Positions 13,601 through 24,380 of a stretch of 64,000 nt of DNA are shown here, piece by piece. Positions within the stretch are counted from its first letter, which is position 1; each line of letters starts with the position of its first letter. The stretch spans positions 1 to 64,000 of the forward strand of contig NW_026576728.1 of the NCBI RefSeq assembly GCF_028641065.1, in the 5' to 3' direction. The notes under the pieces are model-generated. The model saw only the letters and a program-made list of their open reading frames with translations, searched no databases and was not told the origin of the DNA. Source of the DNA: Leucoraja erinacea (Eukaryota). Made by a program: the position numbers and the translations under genes.

Positions 13601-14619
13601 CAGGTAAGTACAGTATATAACGTGGACATAAAGTCATTGTTCTTTGACGGGCCTGAGATTACTTTGGGGACTGGTCCTCCAGCGAATTATTGTCCCTCCA
13701 AATGCATGGGACATGATGGTACAAGAATGTTATATGTACGCCTCTACGCTATACGCCTCTACTTCCTTAGAAGTTTGGCATGTCCCCTACAACTCTCACC
13801 AACTTCTACAGATGCACCATAGAAAGTATTTTATCAGGATGCATCACATCTTGGTTTAGGAACAGCTCCATCCAAGACCGCAAGAAATTACAGTAAATTG
13901 TGGATGCACCCCAGACCATCAGACAAACCAACCTCCCTTCTATTGACTCATACCTCATGCTGCCTCGGCAAGGCCATCAGCATAATCACAGACTAGTCCA
14001 GTAGGATTCTGCTGGTTTTATCTTGTACTAAACGTTATTCCCTTATTGTGTATCTATACACTGTGAATGGCTCGATTGTAATCATGTATTGTCTTTCTGC
14101 TGACTGGATAGCACGCAACAAAAAGCTTTTCAATGTACCTCAGTACACGTGACAATAAACTAAACTAATGTTAACTGGCTGGCTTATGTATATTTGGCAG
14201 TGAGATCCAACTGGGTTGAGGATTGGGGTAATGTTTAGACTAAAATAGTAATGCTTTGAAGGGAAGGGGTGGCAAAGGCAAAAGTGGCAGTCACCAGAGG
14301 TCATGTCATCGATGACATCACTTAGAATCACTTGGAACATTTCTACTGTAGAATCCATTGCTATACTTGAAAATATCTTTTTTTTTCACAGGTTATTGCA
14401 GGAATCGTCATAATTGGTGTAACGGCCATCTTCAGTCCTGTTGCTGCTGTTGCTGCACTTGGTGCCGCCTGCCTTTTCAAGGTTTGTTCTTGTGTGAGCT
14501 CATCAGTGAAAAGCGCATCAGTGAAAAGCACATCAGTGAAAAGCACATCAGTGAAAAGCACATCAGTGAAAAGCGCATCAGTGAAAAGCACATCAGTGAA
14601 AAGCACAAAACAAACCTAG
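1668..14619 (+). CDS. PLAAT/HRASLS-family gene A with two tandem catalytic modules (exons 1668-1682, 7213-7315, 7444-7709, 13107-13209, 13338-13603, 14392-14619; ~326 aa if all spliced)
   Basis: All junctions are GT-AG and in phase. The motifs PGDLIEI, YKHWALY, VVHL and NCEHFV occur twice, followed by a hydrophobic C-terminal exon. Intron 1 contains N gaps. Confidence 0.8.
2062..4279. repeat. GC-rich repeat insertion(s) with assembly gaps, specific to gene A intron 1 (class uncertain)
   Basis: Absent from the paralogous introns (compare 8670 and 28080). Two related blocks at ~3175-3380 and ~4070-4279. GA-rich tracts. Confidence 0.45.
4508..4580. promoter_or_regulatory. Putative immune enhancer: NF-kB-like GGGAAATTCA, GAS TTCTCAGAA, IRF-E CTTTCACTTTC
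   Basis: Three motifs within 73 bp, repeated at 8814-8886, 28221-28293 and 35797-35869. Motif match only. Confidence 0.5.
5223..5236 (+). promoter_or_regulatory. ISRE consensus AGTTTCTGTTTCCT in PLAAT intron 1
   Basis: Matches AGTTTCNNTTTCY. Also at 11036, 21568 and 28936; mutated at 36861. Confidence 0.55.
5625..5985 (+). mobile_element. 3' fragment of a restriction-like-endonuclease non-LTR retrotransposon (HERO-like); duplicate at ~11435-11795
   Basis: KYEELV..C...[15 protein letters not shown]...AEKASRWLW motif. Confidence 0.7.
5986..6830 (-). repeat. GC-rich interspersed repeat with an L2-like (TTA)n tail; duplicate at ~11796-12660, related element at ~14670-15370
   Basis: Minus strand ends AAAGCGCTATATAAATT...(TTA)n. 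Absent from the B and C copies. Confidence 0.55.
7213..7315 (+). CDS. PLAAT module A1 exon 2 (H-box)
   Basis: ttccag|[34 protein letters not shown]|gtaaaa. Confidence 0.92.
7444..7709 (+). CDS. PLAAT module A1 exon 3 (NC motif)
   Basis: ttctag|DGASG...[24 protein letters not shown]|gtaagt; 266 nt. Confidence 0.93.
8189..8285 (+). mobile_element. Short Penelope-derived element with a 7-bp TSD (CAGATTC)
   Basis: CAGATTC at 8182-8188 and 8286-8292; empty site near 39053. Confidence 0.7.
9008..10513 (-). mobile_element. 5'-truncated Rex1/Babar-like LINE with an open RT ORF (9201-10478)
   Basis: [39 protein letters not shown]; AATAAA(CTTGA)n tail. Absent from the paralogous intron near 4700. 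Confidence 0.92.
13107..13209 (+). CDS. PLAAT module A2 exon 2 (H-box)
   Basis: [34 protein letters not shown] with canonical splice sites. Confidence 0.92.
13338..13603 (+). CDS. PLAAT module A2 exon 3 (NC motif)
   Basis: DGASR...[18 protein letters not shown]|gtaagt; 266 nt. Confidence 0.93.
14392..14619 (+). CDS. PLAAT gene A terminal exon: hydrophobic segment plus (SVKS[T/A])7 tail
   Basis: ttttcacag|[37 protein letters not shown](SVKS[T/A])x7KQT*; ATTAAA at 14636. Confidence 0.82.
   Translation, partial: VIAGIVIIGVTAIFSPVAAVAALGAACLFKVCSCVSSSVKSASVKSTSVKSTSVKSTSVKSASVKSTSVKSTKQT
14503..14607 (+). repeat. Coding 15-bp minisatellite x7 (TCAGTGAAAAGC[A/G]CA)
   Basis: Direct inspection. 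Confidence 0.95.
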
Positions 14620-15749
14620 AGTGTGCTGAGTTGTTATTAAAGCATTAATCAACCCCATTGATTGAGTCGATGCACCACCAGCATTGCTGCCTCGCCAACA
14701 GTCTGTCTGTCCTTTCTACTGTTTTTATTAATTTGTGTGTCAAAAGAATGTTTTAGAGTTTCTCGGTTTGTTTGATGTGGGGGGGGGATGGGGAGAATTG
14801 GGGGAAACTTTTTTTCAATCTCTTACCTCGACAGAGATGCGATTTTTCACGTAATCGTATCTCTGTCGCCTCTGCGGCCTAACATCGAGGAGTTGGCGGT
14901 CTTTCCTGGAGAACGGCCGCGGGCGCTGAGCGGACTTCAACATCGCGGAGCTGCGATCCTTTTCCATGGATCGACTGTGGAGAGCTCCAACCGCGGGGCC
15001 TGTGGACTTTAACATTGTGAAGCCAGCGGTCTCTGGTAAGAAGAGGCCGACTCGGGAGCTCCATGTCACGGAGAGAGTTTCAAACGTCCCGACGCGGGAG
15101 TTCCAATCATCCCGACGCGAGGGCCTCGGAGAGTCAGTAGCGGTGACTGCGGAGGGTTCAACAGCCCCGACCGCGTTGAACAAAGAGGAAGATAATTGAA
15201 CTTTATTACCTTCCATCACAGTGGAATCTGCTGTGGTGCATGTTTATGTTACATTTTATTTTATGTGGCAGGGTGCCTTGTTGCTTTTCACTTCGTATGG
15301 CTGTATGGGAACTCAAATTTCACTGTACCTTAATTGGTTCATGTGACAATAAATTAATCTTGAAATCTTGTATCTTTCTTCAGGTCCACAAAGGGTTTAT
15401 GATCTGCTATGATGCAGGAGGACTGATTTCAAAGCCAATCCACTTCACACCAAGCCTAACTTGTTATGGTGCCATACAAGCAGGATGAAGCATGCTATCT
15501 ATGCCACCTAATTAATTTAACAGCTCCATAGAAGGCCGCAAGATATTGTGGACGCAGCCCAGACCATCACACAAGCAACCTCCCCTCCATTGACTCCGTT
15601 TATACCTCGCGTTGCCTTGGCAAGTCCAGCAGCATAATCAAGGATGTGTCGCACCCTGTCCACTCCCCCTTCTCCCCTGTCCCATCAGGCAAAAGCTATA
15701 GAAGTGTGAAAACACACATACTTCTAGATTCAAGAACAGTTTCTTCACC

Positions 15750-16370
15750 TCAAAGATACCTTCTCCTACTTATCCTTGGACCACGATCCCACAGATGAAC
15801 ACAAGGCCTTAATCTCAAACACCATTACTGATTTCATCACTTCTAGCTATCTGCCATCCACAGCCTCCAACCTTATCGTTTCCCAGCCCGTTTTTATTTT
15901 CTTCCCAAATCCACAAACACAACTGCCCTGGCAAACCCATTGTTTCTGCTTGCTCCTCCCCCCTGGTCCAATCTCTCCCGATCTATGTCCAAGATACCTC
16001 ACATGCCCTTCGTCTCTTTAATAACTTCCGCTTTCAGAGCCCCCACTCCCTTACTAGTGACGTTCGGTCACTCTAAACCTCCATCCCCCACCAGGAAGGC
16101 CTTAAAAGCCCTGTGTTTCTTCCTCGACCACAGACCCATCCAATTTCCCTCTACTAACACTCTACTCCGCCTAGCGGAGCTGGTCCTCACCCTCAACAAC
16201 ATCTCCCTTGTCTACTCCCACTTCCTGTCTACTCCCAAGTCCAAGGCGTAGTTATGGGCACCCATGTGGGCCCCAGCTACGCCTGCCTCTTTGTATGACA
16301 GTCCTTTCAGGTGATGCAGAGGTTCACCTGCACCTCCTCCAACCTCATCTGCTGTATTCATTGTTCAGAG
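15750..16370 (+). mobile_element. Degenerate Penelope-like element fragments
   Basis: DHDPT...ISNTITDFI, TNTLLRLAELVLTLNN, MGTHVGPSYACLF-like pieces. Confidence 0.65.
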
Positions 16371-16429
16371 GAAACCCATGCGGTCTCAGGAAGAACCTGC
16401 AAGCTCCACACAGACATCATGCGAGGTCT

Positions 16430-17090
16430 TGGTTCTTGGTTTCTTGGTTTCTTGGTCCTCCAAAATATTCCAAATGGAATTTAAACTGGAGGTGGTGAAG
16501 GGAGGGCTTAAGCCAGAAAGGGTTATTGGGAAGAAAGAGCAAGAAGGGTTATTGGGAAGAAATTTAGTTGCATCTGGTTGGGTAACTATAGTTGGGTGGA
16601 GATTATTCCATGCTTTAATTGTGCGGGGGAAGAACGAATTGCTGTACACATCTGTCTTTGTAGCTGGGATCACAAATTGGATCGAATGCCCTCGTCTGCT
16701 CCTAATTGGTTTGGGTTTGGTGTAGGTCTTGTAATCTATGTCGAGCTGACCATTTAACATTTTGTAAAAACAGGTCCAACGGTGAGCTTCACGTGTGTGT
16801 GTCTTGGAGAGGGTTCCACCCCAGAGAATTCAGAAGTTTGGTGACACTCGCTTCTCTCCCATAGGTGTTAGTAACAAATCGAGCTGCCTGTCTGTCTTTG
16901 GGCACGTTCGATGGAAGACATGTTTTTATTTGTGTATGGGTCCCATGCTGCAACTGCGTGGTCCAAGTGAGGTCTCACGAGGGTGAAGTATAGCTTCTCC
17001 TTGACAGAAGTTGAACAATGATGAAAGTTGCTCCTCAGAAAGTTTAGGACACCTGGAGCTACGGCACTGTGTGTTTCTAACAACTGCACC
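16430..17090 (-). mobile_element. CR1-clade LINE 3' fragment (second family); copies at ~57190-57935 and ~63250-64000
   Basis: [29 protein letters not shown]; (CAAGAAAC)n tail. Confidence 0.7.
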
Positions 17091-17409
17091 ACTGTGTCTC
17101 TCCCCAAAGAGTCTTGTAGAGTCATACAGCATGGAAACATACCCGAATCAGAGTCCAGCACGGATTCTGACCTCACCACCATCGAAGAGATGTACAGCAG
17201 TCGTTGCCTCAAAAAGGCAGCCAGCATCATCAGAGACCCACACCACCCTGACCACGCTCTCCTTTCACCCCTGCCATAGGGATGGTGGTACAGGAGTCCG
17301 AAAACTGTAACGTGCAGGTTCAGGAACAAGCATCAGGCTATTAAACACAACGTCCAAATAAGCTCTGAATTACATACTTGGGGGCATTGCTTTTATCTTT
17401 TTACAGTCT

Positions 17410-17539
17410 CCGTGTCTGTGTCTGTGTGTGCGTCTGTCTGTCTGTCTGTCTGCATGTCTGTGTCTGTGTCTGTGCTTGTCTGTGTCTGTGTGTATTTGTC
17501 TGTATGTGTGTGTGTGTGTGTATTTGTCTGTCTGTGTGT
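17410..17539. repeat. (TG/TC)-rich microsatellite abutting an N gap
   Basis: Direct inspection. Confidence 0.9.
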
Positions 17540-19517
17540 NNNNNNNNNNNNNNNNNNNNNNNNNNNNNNNNNNNNNNNNNNNNNNNNNNNNNNNNNNNNN
17601 NNNNNNNNNNNNNNNNNNNNNNNNNNNNNNNNNNNNNNNNNNNNNNNNNNNNNNNNNNNNNNNNNNNNNNNNNNNNNNNNNNNNNNNNNNNNNNNNNNNN
17701 NNNNNNNNNNNNNNNNNNNNNNNNNNNNNNNNNNNNNNNNNNNNNNNNNNNNNNNNNNNNNNNNNNNNNNNNNNNNNNNNNNNNNNNNNNNNNNNNNNNN
17801 NNNNNNNNNNNNNNNNNNNNNNNNNNNNNNNNNNNNNNNNNNNNNNNNNACATATATGTACAGGACAAGTGCAGGCAGGTGGGTCTAGTGTAGCTGGGAC
17901 TTGTTGGCTGGTGTGGGCAAGTTGGGCCTGTTCCCACACTGTATCTCTCTATGACTATCATTTATTATATTGTTTACAGACTACTATAGTTTACATATTC
18001 TGTTGTGCTGATGCAATGAAGTGTTGAAGCTGCCAGAGGAAGTGGTTGAGGCAGATACTATAACAGCATCTAAAAGACAAAAAAAGACACAAATGCTAGA
18101 GTATGTTAGCTGGTCAGGCAGCATCTATGGAGGACATGGCTAGGCAATATTATGGCTTGGGTTCCTTCTTTGGACTAATCAATTTGAAGAAAGGTCCTGT
18201 CCTGAAATGTCACCAATCCATGTTCTCCAGAGATGCTGCCTGACCCCTTGTGGTACACCAGCACTTTGTGTAATGTGTGTACAGATTTGTTATGCTGCAG
18301 CCAGTAATAATGTCACTATTCTGTTGTTGATACACATGCCAATTAAACACTCTGAACTTGATTTAATGCTGTCTCTGTGTCTTGTAACTCTCTCATTGTT
18401 CGTGACTATCCCACAATTGGGCACATCTCAACATCCACCCAAGATGCAGAGTGCTGGAGTAACTCAACAAGACAGGCAGCATCTCTGGAGAACATGGATC
18501 AGTGAAGTTTCAGGTTGGACCCTTCTTCAGAATGGGAACGGAAGGTTCCAACCGGTTGAGTTACTCCAGCACAATGTCTCTTTTTTTGTAAACCAGCATC
18601 TGCAGTCCCTTGTGTCGCCATTTCACTAGTACACTGTGAAATATCCTCGAGGTATGCCTACTTTGAAGAAGTTCTCCTTCTTTCTCCGACATGAGTACTG
18701 TGAGACCCTCTGTCACTGCCCCTCCCTCTGTGATTCCAGTAGCTCTCCTGGCTATTGAAGTCTGAAGAAGTGTCCCCCTTAGAAAAGGCCATGTATAATG
18801 TCCTCCAGAGATGCTGCCTGACCCTCTGAATTACACCAGCATTGTGTTTTTTTTTAGTAAACCAGCATCTGCCTATCCTTGTTTCAACGCCTCGTATTAC
18901 AACTGGGCAGTGTACAACACAAGGAAGCGAACAATGAATTTTTCAATTTCAGGCAATCTCTCTCTCTCTCTCCTTTTACTCCACTACCACTATTCCCCGC
19001 TTTTCCCCTTTCAGTTTCAGTTTAGTTTATCGTCAAGTCAACCGAGGTACAGTGAAAAGCTTTTATTCTTTGCTAACCAGAAAGATAATTATATTTCGCT
19101 TGGGTAGTTTACACACCAGCGGTATGAACATTGACTTTTCTAACTTCAGATTAGCCCTTGCTTTCTCTCTCCATCCCCTTCCCCTTCCCAGTTCTCCACC
19201 TAGTCTTACTGTCTCTGACTACATTCTATCTTTGTCCCGCCCCCTCCCATGACAACATGGAGTAGTGAAGGGTCTCGTCCCAAAACGTCACCCATTCCTT
19301 CTATCCAGACATCCTTTAAGTTACTCCAGCATTTAAGTTACTCCAGCACCTACTGTAGAAAGACAATACATGATTCCCATACCCTCCTCCCCCTTGCACC
19401 CATTTATCACCCATTTCTGTCCTGTCCCCCTCCTGGTTCGATCCACCAACCACCCACACGTTTTCTCTACAAGATCCCCTCCCTCACCTCGTTCCACTTG
19501 TCCTCAACACTGCTATC

Positions 19518-19555
19518 CAAAGATCTTATAGCAGAGCTCCGCTATAAGATCTTTG
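19518..19555. mobile_element. 38-bp palindromic mini-transposon with an 8-bp TSD (CTGCTATC)
   Basis: CAAAGATCTTATAGC...GCTATAAGATCTTTG flanked by direct CTGCTATC. Confidence 0.7.
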
Positions 19556-20109
19556 CTGCTATCTACCCGCATTGCTGATGACTCTTGGATCACAGGGAGG
19601 GTGGCGGTTGCACCTCTAGAAAAATCTGTAACCCAATTTTCCATAAAACAGTGACCGCTGTACCCTTCTAGTTTACCATTTTCCATAAAGTCCATATGAG
19701 TGATTTTTTGTTGTGTATCTCACCTTGTTAATTGCTGAATAGATATTTACAAGGCAAAGATAGATAGATTCTTGATTAGTACGGGTGTCAGGGGTAATGG
19801 GGAGAAGGCAGGAGAATGGGGTTGAGGGGGAAATATAGATCAGCTGTGATTCAATGGCAGAGTAGACTTGATTAGGCGATTGGCCTATTTCTGCTCTTAT
19901 CATATAAACTTATGAATCGTGTGAAAGCAAAATTCTTATCACTGTTGGACCCGCCCAGGTTATTTTCAACTAGAGTCGAAAGCAAGTCTTGGGTTCGAAT
20001 TGAGAGCTGACAAACAGCTGAGAACTTTCAGACGAAAGACAAATTGTATCTACATTCTGATATGCAGGTGTGGTAAAAATCAGAGGAAGATCAAACTCAC
20101 CAAATGAAC

Positions 20110-23100
20110 ATGAACCATCGAAAGGTAATTTTTAATCTTAGGTTTGGGTCACTGGGCAGGTGCTGGTTATCGATGCTCAGACATATTGTCTCCAACAGTC
20201 AGAAAATGTCTGAAGCTCAACAACCTACACCCAGAGCCGTGGGAGACTGTAGTCTGCTGACAGTGGGCCGTACTCTATGTGTGTGGGGGGGGTCGACAGA
20301 TCAATTTTCCTTCTTGGGATTAACAAAGTTCCACCGTATCATTTCATCCTGGCTTTGGACAATCAATTAGTGTAGCCTCTTTTGTTCAAAATGAATGTTC
20401 TGATCATAATCCTTGTACCACCGTGGTTCGGTGGTGGTGATGGGGTATGTCGACCCTCTCCTGCACAAACATGAGCAGTGATCAAATAAACACGGAAGTG
20501 AATTCAGTGTTTGCGGATATCAAAGCCCAATTTGTTTGTGCATTTGTTTATAAAGGGTGGGGAACAAAAACTGGACAAGGGAGGGGGGAGTCGAAGATAA
20601 GGATATGGGCGAGATTGTTAATCGGTAGCCCTGTGTGGGTCGATTTGTGCATCTGGCGGCATGTGCCTGAGTGACCACCTATTTGTGCGCTAAGCCTGCA
20701 CCGAAGATTCATCCCCCATTACCCGTGGAACCAGACCTCACACTGTTAAGCCCAAGTTCCACAGCCTTCCATCCTCAGTAGGGTGGCCAATGTTCTCACT
20801 GCCAAATAAGGGACAAAAGATCAAAATACGGGACAAATTCCCCATGGCAATTCGTTGACCGACTCGGCCGTGGCTGGGTGAATGATGAGTTGGCCCGGGT
20901 GCTGGACTGCACACAAAGCCCAGCCGGCGGGCCAGCTGAGGAGTTTAGGTCCGTGTGCTGCGCGATGTCGCGCGCAAAGTCCGATGACCGGCCATGAGAA
21001 GGAGGGGTGGTGATGGAGTCGGCGGTAAGTGAAGGTCCGAAGATCGGACAACTGGCCGGGCTGCGTACCAACGGGGCAAAGGTCGAGGAGCTGCTGCTGC
21101 ACTATGTTGGGATGGGTGCGGCGTACCCAGATGCAGCGCTTCGACCCGACAGTCCCCTCGACCCGAGTAGTAGCAGTCAAATAGGGGACAAACCAATTTA
21201 GCCCAAAATACAGGCAAATACGGGACAGTTAGCCACCCTAATCCTCAGGGACTACCAAATACGACCTAGACTCTGATTTGAAAGAAAATTTAGAGCAGCA
21301 AAAACCTCCTGCATATCAGCCTTCGTTTCCAGTAAATATGAGAGAGGTCCTGAGCGCTCTCTCTCGAGCTGCTTAACGGGACCGAACCACGGTTGTGCAA
21401 GGATTATAAGAACATCCATTTCTAACAAAAGTGGCTGCACTAATTCATTGCCCAAAGCCAGGGTCAAACACCAATCCAAAATTAAATAAAACATATTTGC
21501 AGTTTATTCCTCACCTTGCTTTTGTTGCCAGATAACCGGGCATCCTTGACTCTTTTAGCTCCATCTCAGTTTCTGTTTCCTAAGCCTTCTATTTTCTCTT
21601 ATTTAAGCCATCTCTCATCATCTGTTCCCTCATGAAAACTGTTGCAGGCACTCTGTGAATCCTGTGCGGCTTCATCTGATCCCATTTTACCTTTCCCCAT
21701 TTCACTACCCTCAGCCCCAAATCACCACAGATCAGTACGTTCTCTGGCAAGATGCTGAGATTTGATGGTCAGGAGACAGATGCAGTGATTCTTCTACCAG
21801 GACAAGTGAAGATCAACGGATAAAATAAAAAATATGTGAAATATTGACCTTTAGCTCAAGAGGGCTGGATCACAAGAAGAAATTATCTTACAGTATTTAT
21901 CTAAATTAATGCCACCTTGGGCATCACCTTCTGCACAGATTCACCCTGTAAATATTAAGGCTAAAAACGATCATGAGTACAAAGTGTATAGATTTGATTT
22001 GCATTCCTGCAGGTACAAAAGATTAATGAATTATTTTGTTGTTGGGTTTGTTGTATTGAACCCTAACCATCAGAATCCAAATCACTACAAACATCAGGTA
22101 TTATCACAACGTTTAGCGGGTACTATCGCAACATTTAAGAAACATTTAGACAAATACGTGGATAGGACACGTTTAGAGAGATATGGGCCAAAGGCAGGCA
22201 GGTGGGACGTTAGTCAGTGTGGGCAGGTTGAGCCGAAGGGCCTGTTTCCATGCTGTATGATTCGATGAAAATATCACTACACTTATTAACATCTGATGTT
22301 GATTTCTAAAGTGATACTGATCTTATTTCCAGTCTGCCATTAATGCAAAACGTGGAGATTTGATTGAAATATGTCGAAAGGGTGGGTATAAACACTGGGC
22401 CATCTACATTGGACTTGGTGACGTCGTACATTTAACTTCAGGTAAAAGCTGTTCACTTTTTTTCTCCTATTTAACATGTTTTGCATTGAAGACTTCTTTG
22501 CCCAAGTGTCATTCAAGCCGTACCAGAGATACTATCAGACCTGATAAAGACCCTGATAAAGACCCAAAAATTGGAGGAACAGCACCTCATATTCCGTTTG
22601 GGGAGTCTGCACCCCGGGGGCATGAACATCGAATTCTCCCAATTTTGTTAGTCCTTGCTGTCTCCTCCCCTTCCTCAGCCCCCCTGCTGTCTCCTCCCAT
22701 CCCCCAGCCTTCGGGCTACTCCTCCTTTTCCCTTTCTTGTCCCCACCCACCCCCGACCCCGATCAGTCTGAAGAAGGGTTTCGGCCCGAAACGTTGCCTA
22801 TTTCCTTCGCTCCATAGATGCACCCGCTGAGTTTCTCCAGCTTTTTTGTGTAACCAAAGACCCTTTCATATCTATTCTAGATGGAGCAAGTGGAAATGTG
22901 AGTTTTCGCTTCTCTAGCTCGGCAGATGTTGCTGTGATTAAGAGGGAGCCTCTCACTGAGGTAGCTGGAAGTGATGCCTGCTATGTCAACAACAGTTCAG
23001 ACACAAGGTTTGAAGCATTACCCGTGGACATGATAATAAACAAGGCTAAACAAAGCATTGGACGGAAAGTGCATTACAATGTTCTAAAACAAAACTGTGA

Positions 23101-24380
23101 ACATTTTGTAAACACACTTCGATATGGTGAAAAGATTTCCTACCAGGTAAGTGCAGAAACATAAGACCATAACATATAGTAGCAGAATTAGGCCATTCGA
23201 CCCATCAAGTCTATACTGTCATTCAATGATCTATTTTTCCCTCTCAAACCCATTCTCCTGCCTTCTCCCCATAACATCTGATGCTCAACCTACTCCAAGA
23301 ACCTATCAATCTCTGCCTTAAAAATACCCAATGACTTGACTTTCAACGTCGCCTGTGGCAATGAATTCCACAGATTCCCCACCCATTGGATCAAGAAATT
23401 TCTCCTCATCTCCATTTAGATTTTCTGAGGCCGTAATGTTTGGTCCAAGACTCTCCAACTACTGAAAACATACTTTCCATATCTACTTTATCCAGGCCTT
23501 TCATTATCTGGTAGGTTTCAATGACCCCCCCCCCCCCCTCCTCATCCATCTAAACTCCAGCGAGTGCAGGCTGAGAGGTCAAAGCCATCAATTCCCTCAT
23601 CCAGATAATAACCTGGACAGAAAACCATTGAGGGGCCTGAGATGTCTTGGGCCCTCCAAATGTATGGGACATGGTGGTTCAAAGGCGTTACATGTTCAGC
23701 GGCTGGTTTGTGTACATTTGGCAGTGAAGGAGACAACTCACTACACTGGGTGATGACTGGGGTCAGGTTTAGAGCAGAATTGTATTCCAAACCAAGTCAC
23801 ACATGGGAGAGCAGGAAATAGAGGGATATGGATCAAGAACAGAGAGCTGAGATCAGTTTAACTATGCATCATGTTCGGCACAAGCAATGTGGGTCGCAGG
23901 TCCCATTTCTGTGCTGTACTCTTCTGTGTTCTATCTTCTTGAGGGAAGGGGAGGCAAAGGTACCGTGGGCAGGTCACCAGATGTCATGTCATCGATGACA
24001 TGTTTGGATGTTTAAGAAAGAACTGCAGATGCTGGAAAAATCAAAGGTAGACAAAAATACTGGAGAAACTCAGCGGGTGAGGCAGCATCTATGGAGCGAA
24101 GAAATAGGTGATGTTTCGGGTCGAGACCGCTCTTCAGACTGTCACCTATTCCTTCACTCCACAGATGCTGCCTCATCCGCTCAGTATCTCCAGCATATTT
24201 GTTAGGATCACACAATCACTTGGAACATTTTTGCTGTGGAATCCATGACTAAACATATTTTTTTCCCCACAGGCTGAGGATGCAAGCCTTGCTATTGGTG
24301 TAGGGTCTATCGTCACTGCAGCTGTAATGGGTGTCGGTGCCATTCTTGCCCTTCTATTGGGGGGGCATCATAAACAATGA
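20110..24380 (+). CDS. PLAAT-family gene B1, intact, ~165 aa (exons 20110-20124, 22333-22441, 22881-23146, 24273-24380)
   Basis: MNHRK|[36 protein letters not shown]|DG...NCEHFVNTLRYGEKISYQ|AEDASLAIGVGSIVTAAVMGVGAILALLLGGHHKQ*. GT-AG junctions, in phase. An alternative in-frame ATG lies at 20104. Confidence 0.88.
20779..21240. mobile_element. Non-autonomous hAT-like DNA transposon
   Basis: TIR TAGGGTGGC/GCCACCCTA; 8-bp TSD ATCCTCAG; GGGACA subterminal repeats. Confidence 0.88.
22333..22441 (+). CDS. PLAAT B1 exon 2
   Basis: H-box YKHWAIY...VVHL; ag/gt boundaries. Confidence 0.9.
22566..22855 (+). mobile_element. Penelope-like element 3' end (GIY-YIG C-terminus plus hammerhead-type motif) in B1 intron 2
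   Basis: [24 protein letters not shown], then CTGAAGAAGGGTTTCGGCCCGAAACGT; flanking AAAGACCC duplication; absent from B2. Confidence 0.8.
22881..23146 (+). CDS. PLAAT B1 exon 3
   Basis: KQNCEHFVNTLRYG; 266 nt like its paralogs. Confidence 0.92.
24273..24380 (+). CDS. PLAAT B1 terminal transmembrane exon
   Basis: Polypyrimidine acceptor, ~24-aa hydrophobic stretch, TGA; ATTAAA at 24415. Confidence 0.82.
   Translation, partial: AEDASLAIGVGSIVTAAVMGVGAILALLLGGHHKQ

Noticed and set aside
1690-14000. A1/A2 duplication as a pure haplotig artefact
   Set aside because: The copies differ by a LINE insertion, other indels and 15 amino acids, and the junction is gap-free. An artefact is disfavoured but not excluded without long reads.
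14358-14648. ORF with (HISEK)n repeats and its antisense (LFTDV)n
   Set aside because: Wrong frames of the PLAAT terminal exon. The splice phase gives SVKST.
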